DNA of 64,000 bases from an uncultured Aquimarina sp. Lineage in GTDB: Bacteria > Bacteroidota > Bacteroidia > Flavobacteriales > Flavobacteriaceae. Within the stretch, counting starts at the first letter, position 1. Every line of letters starts with the position of its first letter. Positions 30,335-40,766 of the stretch are shown here, piece after piece. The position numbers and the translations under genes are program-made. The DNA lies in assembly GCA_947503135.1 (NCBI GenBank), contig CANNCQ010000002.1, positions 8,643 through 72,642 of the forward strand, given 5' to 3'. Below the pieces are notes generated by a model. It did not search any database, had not been told where the DNA came from, and saw only the letters and a list, made by a program, of their open reading frames with translations.

Positions 30335-31774
30335 ATGCAAATAATTCATATTAGTGCCGAGTGTTTTCCCATAGCTAAAGTGGGAGGATTGGCGGATGTA
30401 GTTGGTGCATTGCCAAAATATCAAGAAGCCTCAGGAGTATCTTCAAGTGTCGTAATGCCTTTTTATGATAATAAATTTACTCAATCAAATAGCAAGAAAT
30501 TAAAAACGATAACAAAAGGAATTGTAAGCCTTGGGGATCAAAATTTTGATTACGTTATTTTGAAATTAAACAAAAACGTTTTAGGGTTTAATGTCCATTT
30601 AATTAAAATTGACGGATTAACCGATAAAGAAAATGTATATGGTTATTCAAATGACGTAGAACGATTTGTCGCTTTCCAAAAAGTAGCTTGTGATTATATG
30701 CTTTCTATTAAAAATAAACCTAATGTAGTTCACTGTCATGACCACCACACAGGATTTATTCCCTTTTTTATGGGTTACGGAGCCAAGTATAGTTTGTTGA
30801 AAAACATTCCATCTGTATTAACCATACATAATGCTCAATATCAAGGGGATTTTGAATATGATAAAATGCATTACTTGCCTGTTTTTAACATTGAAAATGC
30901 AGGTCTTATAGATTGGTACGGACGTATTAATCCTTTGGCAACAGCTATAAAATGTGCTTGGAGAATAACAACAGTTTCTCCTAATTATTTAAATGAATTA
31001 CAAGGGGTTGCTAATGGCTTAGAGGGGTTATTGCGTAATGAAAAAGAAAAATCACTTGGGATTTTAAATGGAATTGATACTGGGGTTTGGAATCCTAAAA
31101 CTGATTCTATGTTAGTGTCAAATTTTGATTTAAGAAGTGTAAATAAGGGTAGAAAAGGTAATAAGCAAGAGCTCTGTAAAAAGTTTGGTTTGGATGAGTC
31201 TTTACCTTTAGTAGCATTTATAGGGAGGTTTGTATATGAGAAAGGTTCCGATCTTTTAGCAGCTGCTGTTTATAATATATTAGAGGTTCAAAAGCAAAAG
31301 GTTAATATTCTTGTATTAGGGAGTGGAAACCCGGAAACAGAAAAGGAATTAAACGATTTAAAAGAAAAGATTCCAACTAACTTTAATACCTATATAGGAT
31401 ATAGCGAAGAATTATCGCATGTGATTTATGGAGGAGCAGATTTTTTATTAATGCCGTCAAGGGTAGAACCTTGCGGACTTAATCAAATGTATGCTATGCG
31501 CTATGGTATGATTCCTATTGTAAGTAATGTAGGAGGACTTAGCGATACCGTAATTGATATTGATAATGGGGATGAAGGATACGGGATTGTAATAGATAAT
31601 GTCGATATACACGAAATAAGTTTTGCAATACAAAGAGCTGTTGATGTGTATAAAAATGAAACATTCTTTAAAGCAAAGCGAAAGCAATTAATGAAAATAG
31701 AGAATAGCTGGAATAAATCAGCTAAAGAATATTTAAAAATGTATGAATCAATTATAAAATTGTCAAAAAAGTAA
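30335..31774 (+). CDS. glgA: Glycogen synthase
   Basis: KVGGLADV, HCHDHH and PSRVEPCGLNQ. Confidence 0.93.
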   Translation: MQIIHISAECFPIAKVGGLADVVGALPKYQEASGVSSSVVMPFYDNKFTQSNSKKLKTITKGIVSLGDQNFDYVILKLNKNVLGFNVHLIKIDGLTDKENVYGYSNDVERFVAFQKVACDYMLSIKNKPNVVHCHDHHTGFIPFFMGYGAKYSLLKNIPSVLTIHNAQYQGDFEYDKMHYLPVFNIENAGLIDWYGRINPLATAIKCAWRITTVSPNYLNELQGVANGLEGLLRNEKEKSLGILNGIDTGVWNPKTDSMLVSNFDLRSVNKGRKGNKQELCKKFGLDESLPLVAFIGRFVYEKGSDLLAAAVYNILEVQKQKVNILVLGSGNPETEKELNDLKEKIPTNFNTYIGYSEELSHVIYGGADFLLMPSRVEPCGLNQMYAMRYGMIPIVSNVGGLSDTVIDIDNGDEGYGIVIDNVDIHEISFAIQRAVDVYKNETFFKAKRKQLMKIENSWNKSAKEYLKMYESIIKLSKK

Positions 31775-31777
31775 CCT

Positions 31778-33055
31778 ATGTTAAATAAAAAAGTGCTGAG
31801 TATTATCTTAGGTGGAGGAAGGGGAACACGTTTGGAGCCATTAACAAGTCATCGCTCAAAACCAGCAGTTCCTATCGCCGGAAAATATAGATTGGTAGAT
31901 ATTCCAATTTCAAATTGTTTGAACAACGATTTAAAAAGAATGTTTGTTTTAACTCAGTTTAATTCAGCGTCATTAAATTCTCATGTAAAAAACACCTACC
32001 AGTTTAGCGGATTTAGCAATGCATTTGTAGATATTTTAGCAGCAGAGCAAACTCCAGATAATCAAACATGGTTTCAGGGTACTTCGGATGCCGTAAAACA
32101 ATGTCAACATCATTTTAATAGAATTGATGATTGGGAATATGCTTTAATCCTTTCTGGAGATCAATTATACCAAATGGATTTAATGCAAATGGTAGAAGAT
32201 CACGTAAAGAGTGGTGCGGAAATTACAGTAGCAACACAGCCAGTGTCTTCAAAAGAAGCTCCCGCATTTGGTATTTTGAAAACCGATGAAAACAGTTTTA
32301 TAAAAACTTTCACAGAAAAACCTCCTTTAGAGGAACTATCAGGTTGGGAATCTGAGGTTTCTGAAAAAATGAAGTCTGAGGGGAAAGAATATTTAGCTTC
32401 TATGGGTATTTATATATTTAATAGAAAAGTGTTAGATGAGGTATTAAGTAACGATGCTGTTGATTTTGGTAAAGAAATTATTCCCGATGCAATAACAGGC
32501 GGAAGAAAAGTATATGGTTATCAATACGAAGGGTACTGGGAAGATATAGGAACAATAAAAGCTTTTTATGAAGCTAATTTAGCTTTAACGGATGATATCC
32601 CTAAATTCAATTTATTCGACAAAGAAAACACAATACTTACTAGAGCTAGAATTTTACCTCCTTGTAAAATGAATAATACAAGAATAAGTAAGGCTATGAT
32701 AAGTGAAGGGTGTATTGTTTCAGCTACTTCAATAGAGCACTCTATAATAGGTGTACGCTCTCGAATAGGAGAAGGCACAGTTATTAAGGATGCTTATATT
32801 ATGGGGGCAGATAATTATCAAACTTTAGCAGAAATTGATACGTGTTTAAAGTCAGGTAAGCCTTATATTGGAATTGGAGATAATTGTAATTTGAGCGGTG
32901 TTATTGTAGAAAAAAATTGCCGTATTGGTAATAATGTTACAATCAAAGGAGGAGATCATCTATCAGATATCGTAACCGATACTTATGTGGTTAGGGATGG
33001 TGTAATTGTAATAAAAAACAGTGCAGTTATTGCTCCTAATACAGTAATTGGTTAA
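31778..33055 (+). CDS. glgC: Glucose-1-phosphate adenylyltransferase
   Basis: LGGGRGTRL..LT..RSKPAVP, WFQGT, ASMGIY and YWEDIGT. Confidence 0.95.
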   Translation: MLNKKVLSIILGGGRGTRLEPLTSHRSKPAVPIAGKYRLVDIPISNCLNNDLKRMFVLTQFNSASLNSHVKNTYQFSGFSNAFVDILAAEQTPDNQTWFQGTSDAVKQCQHHFNRIDDWEYALILSGDQLYQMDLMQMVEDHVKSGAEITVATQPVSSKEAPAFGILKTDENSFIKTFTEKPPLEELSGWESEVSEKMKSEGKEYLASMGIYIFNRKVLDEVLSNDAVDFGKEIIPDAITGGRKVYGYQYEGYWEDIGTIKAFYEANLALTDDIPKFNLFDKENTILTRARILPPCKMNNTRISKAMISEGCIVSATSIEHSIIGVRSRIGEGTVIKDAYIMGADNYQTLAEIDTCLKSGKPYIGIGDNCNLSGVIVEKNCRIGNNVTIKGGDHLSDIVTDTYVVRDGVIVIKNSAVIAPNTVIG

Positions 33056-33130
33056 TATAGAATTAACCATACAATAATAAAAGACTTACTACCTAGTAGG
33101 TACTTTTTTAATAAATAATTAAATTATTAT

Positions 33131-35038
33131 ATGTCTCAAGTTCAACCGTATTCGCTATTTACAGATTTTGATATATCATTACTTAAAAGCGGTACACATT
33201 ATAATTTGTTTGAAAAGTTTGGAGCTCATGTAATTACTCTCAACGGGGTTGAAGGCACTTATTTTTCGGTATGGGCACCCTCAGCAAAAACAGTTTCTGT
33301 AATAGGGAATTTTAATTATTGGTCAGGTAATGAGCATCAATTAAATGTACGTTGGGATAGCTCTGGGGTTTGGGAAGGTTTTATACCGGGTATAGGTCAT
33401 GGTGAGTTATATAAATATAAAATTGAATCTCATAATAATGGCATTGTAACCGAAAAGGCAGATCCGTATGGTAGGCTATGTGAATTACCACCCAAAACAG
33501 CTTCTATCGTTCAGAATGCATCTACTTATAAGTGGGAAGACACTGCCTGGATGAGTTATCGTAAGGATAAAAATGGATTGGATAAGCCTTATGCGGTATA
33601 CGAGGTTCATTTAGAATCTTGGAAAAAGAATGCTAATAATGAAAACTTAAGTTTTAAAGAGTTAGCTAAAGATTTAGTAGATTATGTAAAAGCAATGAAT
33701 TTTACTCACGTAGAATTTATGCCTATTATGGAGTATCCATTTTCTCCTTCATGGGGTTATCAACTCACCGGATATTATGCTCCAAGTTCGCGATTTGGTC
33801 AACCAGACGACCTTAAATATTTAATCGATCAATTTCACCAAAATGATATAGGGGTATTGATAGATTGGGTACCTTCTCATTTTCCAGAAGATGCTCATGG
33901 TTTAGGAATGTTTGATGGGTCCCATTTATATGAATATCCAGATCCTCGTAAAGGATATCATCCAGATTGGAAAAGTTTAATATTTAACTATAGTCGAAAC
34001 GAGGTAAAAGCATTTTTGATTAGTAATGCTGTATTTTGGCTACAAGAATTTCATATCGATGGTTTAAGAGTAGATGCAGTAGCTTCAATGTTATACTTAG
34101 ATTATTCAAGAGAACAAGGAGGTTGGGAGCCTAATATTTACGGAGGTAATGAAAACTTAGAAGCTAAAGATTTTTTAATAGCTTTAAATAAAGAAATTTA
34201 TACTCGCTTTGATGGAGTACAAACCATAGCGGAAGAATCTACCGCTTTTCCAGGAGTTACCAAACCTGTAGCGTATGGAGGCCTAGGTTTTGGAATGAAG
34301 TGGATGATGGGTTGGATGAATGATACCTTGAACTATTTTTCTAAAGACACTTTTTTTAGACAATACCACCAAAATGATATTACGTTTAGTTTAGCCTATG
34401 CTTTTAGTGAAAATTTTATGTTACCCTTATCCCATGATGAGGTAGTGCATGGCAAAAAATCGTTGATATATAAAATGCCGGGTGACGATTGGCAACGTTT
34501 TGCTAATTTAAGGGTAATGTTGGGTTTAATGTATATGCACCCAGGAACTAAACTATTGTTTATGGGTAGTGAGTTTGCCCAAACTTCTGAATGGAATTCT
34601 GAACAGAGTTTAGATTGGCATTTACTTAAGTATGAGCCTCATCATAAATTTCAGTCTTACATGAAAGAATTGAATTTAATCTATCAAAAAGAGCCTGCTT
34701 TATTTGAAAAAGGATTTAGTGGAGAAGGTTTTGAATGGATATCATTAGATGACAACCAAAACTCGGTGATGAGTTTTATTCGTAAAGGCCATGATGTGCA
34801 AAACGATTTGATTGTATTATGTAATTTTACCCCTGAGGTAAGAGAAAATTATGGTATTGGCGTTCATAAAAAAGGTAAATGGAAAGAAATTTTTAATTCT
34901 GATTTAGAAGAATATTATGGAAGCGGGGTTAAAAATGAAAATATCTTAAAAGTAACGAGTAAAAAACTACACAATAAAAAATATTCACTTTTTTTGACAC
35001 TACCACCGTTATCGGTAATTGTTTTAAAGAGTATATAA
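33131..35038 (+). CDS. glgB: 1,4-alpha-glucan branching enzyme
   Basis: SWGYQ, DWVPSHF, DGLRVDAVASM, IAEES and LSHDEVVHGK. Confidence 0.95.
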   Translation: MSQVQPYSLFTDFDISLLKSGTHYNLFEKFGAHVITLNGVEGTYFSVWAPSAKTVSVIGNFNYWSGNEHQLNVRWDSSGVWEGFIPGIGHGELYKYKIESHNNGIVTEKADPYGRLCELPPKTASIVQNASTYKWEDTAWMSYRKDKNGLDKPYAVYEVHLESWKKNANNENLSFKELAKDLVDYVKAMNFTHVEFMPIMEYPFSPSWGYQLTGYYAPSSRFGQPDDLKYLIDQFHQNDIGVLIDWVPSHFPEDAHGLGMFDGSHLYEYPDPRKGYHPDWKSLIFNYSRNEVKAFLISNAVFWLQEFHIDGLRVDAVASMLYLDYSREQGGWEPNIYGGNENLEAKDFLIALNKEIYTRFDGVQTIAEESTAFPGVTKPVAYGGLGFGMKWMMGWMNDTLNYFSKDTFFRQYHQNDITFSLAYAFSENFMLPLSHDEVVHGKKSLIYKMPGDDWQRFANLRVMLGLMYMHPGTKLLFMGSEFAQTSEWNSEQSLDWHLLKYEPHHKFQSYMKELNLIYQKEPALFEKGFSGEGFEWISLDDNQNSVMSFIRKGHDVQNDLIVLCNFTPEVRENYGIGVHKKGKWKEIFNSDLEEYYGSGVKNENILKVTSKKLHNKKYSLFLTLPPLSVIVLKSI

Positions 35039-35114
35039 TTTAACTTTATATAATAGCTTAAATAGTACTCTAAGGAGTGATATTTATAATCTTTGAAAAA
35101 AACTAATAATTGTT

Positions 35115-37514
35115 ATGATTTTAAATGAAGAAATTGAAAAAAAGGGAAATCAATACCCCAATCATATAATTAAGCAGGATAAAGAATTAGATACTTTTTA
35201 TTTTCATACGGCGAATAGAGTAATACTTCAAGTAACAGTGCTTAGAGATAGCGTAGTTCGCTTTAGATATACAACTACTAATAAATTTGAAGAAGACTTT
35301 TCCTATGCTATTGATAAGAACCCAACTATAGGATTTAATTTTTTAGAATTAAAAGAAGAAACTAATGAATATATTATTGAAACAACGAAAATAAAGATTC
35401 GAATTTCAAAAGACGATTTAAGAAAAACTATTCATTGTGCAGAAACTAATAATGTAATTTTAAAGGACGAGCAAGGATTTCATTGGGAAGAAAGTTATGA
35501 GCTAGGAAATGATATTGTAAAAATGAGTAAAGTATCTGAAGATGCTGAAAATTTTTATGGTTTAGGTGATAAACCAATGCATTTAAACTTAAAAGGAAAA
35601 CGCCTTGAAAATTGGGCAACCGATTCTTATGCTTTTGGTACAGAAACAGATCCAATTTATAAGTCAATTCCTTTTTATGTAGGTCTTCATCATAATGTAG
35701 CCTACGGTATCTTCTTCGATAATACGTTTCGCACTTACTTTGATTTTTGTAGTGAACGACGCCAAGTAACTAGTTTTTGGGCACAGGGAGGAGAAATGAA
35801 TTATTATTTTATTCACGGTCCAAAAATAGAAGAGGTAGTCGAAAAATATACACATCTTACCGGAGTACCAGAACTACCACCACTATGGGCTTTAGGTTTT
35901 CACCAATGTAAATGGAGTTACTATCCTGAAGAAAAAGTAAAAGAAATTACAGGTAAATTTAGAGATTTACAAATACCTTGTGATGCTATTTATTTAGATA
36001 TCGATTACATGGAAGGTTTCCGTTGTTTTACATGGGATAAGGAAAAATTTCCAGAGCCTGTTCGTATGGTTAAAGAGTTAGCCGATGATGGATTTAAAAC
36101 CGTAGTGATTATTGATCCAGGAATCAAAATAGATTATGATTACGATGTGTTTTTAGAAGGTTTAGAGAACGATTATTTTTGTAAACGTGCCGATGGACCG
36201 TATATGAAAGGTAAGGTATGGCCTGGAGAATGTTACTTCCCAGACTTTACAAAACCCGAAGTTCGCGAATGGTGGGCCGGATTATTTAAAGGGTTAATAG
36301 AAGAAACCGGTGTAGCTGGTGTTTGGAATGACATGAACGAACCTGCGGTAATGGACGTGCCAGGAAAATCTTTCCCTGATGATGTACGCCATGATTACGA
36401 TGGAAATCCTTGTAGCCATAGAAAAGCACACAATATTTATGGAATGCAAATGGCTAGAGCAACATACCATGGAGTAAAAAACTCTGCACGCCCTAATAGG
36501 CCTTTTGTAATTACCAGATCAGCATATTCGGGAACTCAGCGTTATACAAGTACTTGGATGGGGGATAATATTGCTTCATGGGAACATTTGGTAGTTGCCA
36601 ACCGTCAAATACAACGCATGTGTATGTCTGGATATTCTTTTGCAGGTACAGATATTGGTGGTTTTGCACAACAACCTAATGGCGAATTATTTGCACGTTG
36701 GATTCAATTAGGAGTTTTTCATCCTTTCTTTAGGGTACACTCTAGTGGAGATCATGGCGAACAAGAACCTTGGTCTTTCGGAGAAGAAATTACAGACATT
36801 TCCAGAAAATTTATAGAATTACGCTACGAGTTATTGCCGTACATATACACTGCCTTTTGGAAATATATAGAGCATGGTACACCAATATTAAAGTCTTTAG
36901 TAATGTACGATCAAAGCGATGTGCAAACACATTATCGTACAGATGAATTTATTTTTGGAGAAAAAATATTGGTTTGTCCAATTAATGAACCTAATGCCAA
37001 AGGAAGACGTATGTATATTCCTAAAGGAATTTGGTTTGACTATTGGTCAAATACAGTACTCAAGGGAGGAAAAGAATATTGGATTGATGCAGATTTAGAC
37101 TCCATGCCTATATTTATTAAAGCAGGAGCTGTAATAGCAAGGAATCCAATTCAACAATATGTTGGGGAAAAGGAAATCACCGAATTAACTTTGGATTGTT
37201 ATTATATAGATGGTGAAGATAAATCGAATTTATATGAGGATGATAACGATGGTTATGGTTACAAAAAAGGAGATTTTAGTAGACGCACTTTTAGAAATGT
37301 AGGTAAAGACGGTGAAATTATTTTACAGCAACACAAGCGCGGTAAATTTGTTACCACTTATGATACCTTCAAAATAAGATTAATAGGAAGTCCTTTTGAA
37401 ATTAAAACTATTGAACTCGATAATGAGTTAATTACTCCAGAAATCACTTACGAAGAAGGAATTGCGACTTTTGTAGTAACTAAAGATTTTACGGAGTTAC
37501 ATATAGAATCTTAA
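35115..37514 (+). CDS. GH31 alpha-glucosidase
   Basis: LDIDYM, WNDMNEP nucleophile motif, WMGDN and GTDIGGF. Confidence 0.92.
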   Translation: MILNEEIEKKGNQYPNHIIKQDKELDTFYFHTANRVILQVTVLRDSVVRFRYTTTNKFEEDFSYAIDKNPTIGFNFLELKEETNEYIIETTKIKIRISKDDLRKTIHCAETNNVILKDEQGFHWEESYELGNDIVKMSKVSEDAENFYGLGDKPMHLNLKGKRLENWATDSYAFGTETDPIYKSIPFYVGLHHNVAYGIFFDNTFRTYFDFCSERRQVTSFWAQGGEMNYYFIHGPKIEEVVEKYTHLTGVPELPPLWALGFHQCKWSYYPEEKVKEITGKFRDLQIPCDAIYLDIDYMEGFRCFTWDKEKFPEPVRMVKELADDGFKTVVIIDPGIKIDYDYDVFLEGLENDYFCKRADGPYMKGKVWPGECYFPDFTKPEVREWWAGLFKGLIEETGVAGVWNDMNEPAVMDVPGKSFPDDVRHDYDGNPCSHRKAHNIYGMQMARATYHGVKNSARPNRPFVITRSAYSGTQRYTSTWMGDNIASWEHLVVANRQIQRMCMSGYSFAGTDIGGFAQQPNGELFARWIQLGVFHPFFRVHSSGDHGEQEPWSFGEEITDISRKFIELRYELLPYIYTAFWKYIEHGTPILKSLVMYDQSDVQTHYRTDEFIFGEKILVCPINEPNAKGRRMYIPKGIWFDYWSNTVLKGGKEYWIDADLDSMPIFIKAGAVIARNPIQQYVGEKEITELTLDCYYIDGEDKSNLYEDDNDGYGYKKGDFSRRTFRNVGKDGEIILQQHKRGKFVTTYDTFKIRLIGSPFEIKTIELDNELITPEITYEEGIATFVVTKDFTELHIES

Positions 37515-38506
37515 TTTTTATACTTCTTAAAAACAAAATAATCCATTACAATACTTTTAGTGTTGTAGTGGATTTCTTTTTTAGAGATGTTCTTTCTCTT
37601 TTTTAAAGTTGAAGGCAAGTTCTTGTAAAAACTAAAATGTGCTCTTAAAATCGCAAAAAAGTGTTTGGGTTTCATTTGTATCAAAAATTGAACTCCTGCC
37701 AAACCATCTAAAAGCATTCTTAAAAATAGAACACAGAAAACCTTAGTTCCTTTTACATTTTTTAAAATAGAATACAATGAGTTTCTAAAATTTAAAAAAG
37801 TCTTCTGTGGACTTACGTAAGCTAAGGAAGCTCCTCCTACGTGATATATTGTTGAGGTACCGCAATACATTACCTTTTTACCGTGATTATGTAATCGCCA
37901 GCAGAGGTCAATTTCTTCTTGATGTGCAAAGTAATCACTGTCCAAACCTCCAACATTCCAAAAATCAGCACTTCGTATAAAAAAGCACGCCCCCGATGCC
38001 CAAAAAATTTCCGCAGTATCGTTGTATTGTCCGTTATCTTTTTCGATAGAATCAAAAACGCGTCCTCTACAATAAGGATACCCTAAACCATCAATTAAAC
38101 CGCCACCAGCACCAGCGTATTCAAAATATTCTTTATTCGAATAATCTAATGTTTTAGGTTGAATAGCAGAAATAGTGTTGTCTTCAAACAACTCTAAAAT
38201 GGGAAGAAGCCAATTTTTAGTTACTTCCACATCACTATTTAATAAACAATAATAGGGTTCATTAATTTGTTTTAATCCTTTTTGATATCCGCCTGCATAG
38301 CCAAAATTATTAGCTAATGGTATTACAGAAATCTGCGAATATTGTTTTTTTAGCCAATTTATAGAATCATCGGTTGATGCATTGTCTATAACATAAATTT
38401 TTGCTTCTTCACTAAATTCTAAAACCACGGGTAAGAATTGCTGTAATAAAGCTTTTCCATTCCAATTTAAAATTACTATAGCTAATTGACTAGTTGTTAC
38501 TTTCAT
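37511..38506 (-). CDS. Glycosyltransferase family 2 (WbbL/rhamnosyltransferase-like)
   Basis: IVILNWNG, DNASTD, LLNSD, WASGAC and EEIDLCWR. Confidence 0.85.
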   Translation of the reverse strand: MKVTTSQLAIVILNWNGKALLQQFLPVVLEFSEEAKIYVIDNASTDDSINWLKKQYSQISVIPLANNFGYAGGYQKGLKQINEPYYCLLNSDVEVTKNWLLPILELFEDNTISAIQPKTLDYSNKEYFEYAGAGGGLIDGLGYPYCRGRVFDSIEKDNGQYNDTAEIFWASGACFFIRSADFWNVGGLDSDYFAHQEEIDLCWRLHNHGKKVMYCGTSTIYHVGGASLAYVSPQKTFLNFRNSLYSILKNVKGTKVFCVLFLRMLLDGLAGVQFLIQMKPKHFFAILRAHFSFYKNLPSTLKKRKNISKKEIHYNTKSIVMDYFVFKKYKN

Positions 38507-38527
38507 TGCTGTTTTAAGATCAAAAAA

Positions 38528-38977
38528 TTAATGAGCACTATAAATAGGTAATTCTTTTAAAAAGTAGTATCCCTCAGTTTCATAATCTATATTACAGAAA
38601 TAATGTTCCAAGCCATTAGTAACCATTAAAAATTCCGAATTTAAAGCTAAGTTATAGCGTGCAATTTGGTCGAATACCTGTTGCGTAATTTTAATTTTGG
38701 GAGCTTTGCATTCTACCATTAAGTAAATGCTACCATCAGGCCTGTAGGTTACAATGTCATAACGCTTTTTAGTACCGTTAACAGTAAGCTCTTTTTCAAC
38801 GTTAATTAAACTTTGCGGGTGTTGCTTTTCGTTTATTAAAAAATGAATTACATGTTGACGCACCCATTCTTCTGGCGTAAGCACAATAAATTTTTTACGA
38901 ATGATATCAAAAATAGCCATCTTATTTTCGCTATTTTTGATTCTGAAATTATAAGGCGGAAACGCTAAATTTTGCAT
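38528..38977 (-). CDS. Stand-alone HsdR N-terminal (PD-(D/E)xK nuclease-like) domain protein
   Basis: TPEEWVRQ, YDIV, VECK, QIARYN and TNG. Confidence 0.8.
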   Translation of the reverse strand: MQNLAFPPYNFRIKNSENKMAIFDIIRKKFIVLTPEEWVRQHVIHFLINEKQHPQSLINVEKELTVNGTKKRYDIVTYRPDGSIYLMVECKAPKIKITQQVFDQIARYNLALNSEFLMVTNGLEHYFCNIDYETEGYYFLKELPIYSAH

Positions 38978-39026
38978 TTATTAATTACTGTAATTAAGGT
39001 AAAGATAAGTACTTCAATATAATTTA

Positions 39027-40031
39027 ATGACAGAAGCTAAAAGCATTTTAAAGGATATTAAAGCCAAAAAATATAAACCTATTTATTTTCTAGGAGGGGA
39101 AGAGCCTTATTTTATTGATGTAATTTCCGATTACATTCAAAATAATGTATTGGAGGAGCACGAGCGCGATTTTAACCAAACTATACTTTATGGTAAAGAA
39201 ACCAATGCGGGAGAAATATTAAGTGTTGTAAAACGTTTCCCTATGATGGCAGATTACCAAGTGGTAATCGTTAAGGAAGCGCAAAGTTTAGGAAAGCAAA
39301 TTGATTTACTTACAGGTTATTTTGAAGCTCCGCTAATGTCTACTATTTTGGTGTTTTGTAGCAAGTATAAAAAACCAGATAAACGCAAAAAAGCTTCTAA
39401 ATTAATTGCCAAAAACGGCGTGCTGTTTGAAAGTAAAAAATTATACGAAAATCAAATAGGCGATTTTATAACAGGGGTATTGAGTAATAAAGGATATAAA
39501 ATTGAGCCCAAAGCGAGTTTAATGTTAATTGAGTTTTTAGGTACTGATTTGGCTAAAGTTATGAATGAACTTGATAAGCTTCAAATTATAATTCCAAAAG
39601 GAAGCACAATTACGGCTAAAGACGTTGAAGTAAATATAGGTATTAGTAAAGATTTTAATGTATTTGAATTAAATAAAGCGATAGGGAATAAAGAGCAACT
39701 CAAAGCATATAAAATTTGTAATTACTTTATGGAAAATCCTAAAGAAAAGCCATTAGTAGTTACAATTTCGTTGTTATTTACTCATTTTTCTAGAATAATG
39801 CAGTATCATGGCTTAAGTGATAAATCGGATAATAATGTGGCATCTAAGTTAAAAGTGAATCGTTTTTTTGTACAAGATTATGCTATTGCAGCGCGTAACT
39901 ATCCAATGAAAAAAGTAAGCTTCATTATCGAAAAAATACGAGATGCAGATGTTAAAAGCAAAGGGGTTGGAGCTAGCCAGTTTGGTCAATCGGATATTTT
40001 AAGAGAATTATTAGTGCAAATTTTCAGTTAG
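39027..40031 (+). CDS. holA: DNA polymerase III delta subunit
   Basis: PIYFLGGEEPYFID, FPMMADYQVVIVKEAQ and DFNVFEL. Confidence 0.92.
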   Translation: MTEAKSILKDIKAKKYKPIYFLGGEEPYFIDVISDYIQNNVLEEHERDFNQTILYGKETNAGEILSVVKRFPMMADYQVVIVKEAQSLGKQIDLLTGYFEAPLMSTILVFCSKYKKPDKRKKASKLIAKNGVLFESKKLYENQIGDFITGVLSNKGYKIEPKASLMLIEFLGTDLAKVMNELDKLQIIIPKGSTITAKDVEVNIGISKDFNVFELNKAIGNKEQLKAYKICNYFMENPKEKPLVVTISLLFTHFSRIMQYHGLSDKSDNNVASKLKVNRFFVQDYAIAARNYPMKKVSFIIEKIRDADVKSKGVGASQFGQSDILRELLVQIFS

Positions 40032-40044
40032 CAAACAGGTTGCT

Positions 40045-40052
40045 TATTTTTG
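40045..40052 (+). promoter_or_regulatory. -7 promoter element upstream of hisH
   Basis: TATTTTTG, inside an imperfect inverted repeat gttgct...agcaac (40039-40078). Confidence 0.45.
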
Positions 40053-40106
40053 CACTTTATTTAAAGTAAAGTAGCAACATTAGTCTTGTAGCTTAAAGCC
40101 ATAGTA

Positions 40107-40688
40107 ATGAAAATAGTTATAATAAATTACGGAGCAGGAAACATTCAGAGTATTAAGTTTGCTATTGAAAGGTTAGGATATACCGCTGTTTTAAGTGATA
40201 ATGTTGAAGAAATACAAACTGCCGATAAAGTAATTTTTCCAGGAGTAGGAGAGGCAAGCAGTGCCATGAAAAAACTTAAGGAAAGTGGGTTAGATACCTT
40301 AATACCTCAATTAAAACAACCTGTTTTAGGAATTTGTTTAGGAATGCAATTAATGTGTAACTCCACAGAAGAAGGAAACACTGAGGGTTTAGGGATTTTT
40401 AATGTAGATGTAGTAAAGTTTAATACTACCGTAAAAGTACCTCAAATAGGGTGGAATCAAATTAGGGAATTTAAATCTGAAATTTTTAATAACATTAAAG
40501 TTGATAGTTACATTTATTTAGTACACAGCTTTTACGCTCCTATTTGTGAATATACAGCAAGTGTTACCGATTATGGTGTTAACTACAGTTCGGCATTGCA
40601 AAAAAATAATTTTTACGGAACCCAGTTTCATCCTGAAAAAAGCAGTGATGTCGGGGAACAAATTTTAGAGAATTTTTTAAAATTATAA
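40107..40688 (+). CDS. hisH: Imidazole glycerol phosphate synthase, glutaminase subunit
   Basis: YGAGN, FPGVG, GICLGMQ and QFHPEKS. Confidence 0.95.
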   Translation: MKIVIINYGAGNIQSIKFAIERLGYTAVLSDNVEEIQTADKVIFPGVGEASSAMKKLKESGLDTLIPQLKQPVLGICLGMQLMCNSTEEGNTEGLGIFNVDVVKFNTTVKVPQIGWNQIREFKSEIFNNIKVDSYIYLVHSFYAPICEYTASVTDYGVNYSSALQKNNFYGTQFHPEKSSDVGEQILENFLKL

Positions 40689-40725
40689 GCATAAAGAACA
40701 AAGGAATTAGCGACTAGATTTTTAC

Positions 40726-40756
40726 ATCTATGTTCTACTATCTATGTTCTACTATC
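40726..40756. repeat. 14-bp tandem direct repeat, 2 copies plus a partial
   Basis: atctatgttctact atctatgttctact atc. Confidence 0.85.
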
Positions 40757-40766
40757 CAAAAAAGAA

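Noticed and set aside
37511..37514. Convergent gene overlaps here and at 14270-14280
   Set aside because: Short 3' overlaps are common in compact AT-rich genomes; no additional signal.
38528..38977. Type I restriction-modification system
   Set aside because: Only an isolated HsdR N-terminal domain; no hsdM, hsdS or helicase domain; housekeeping context.
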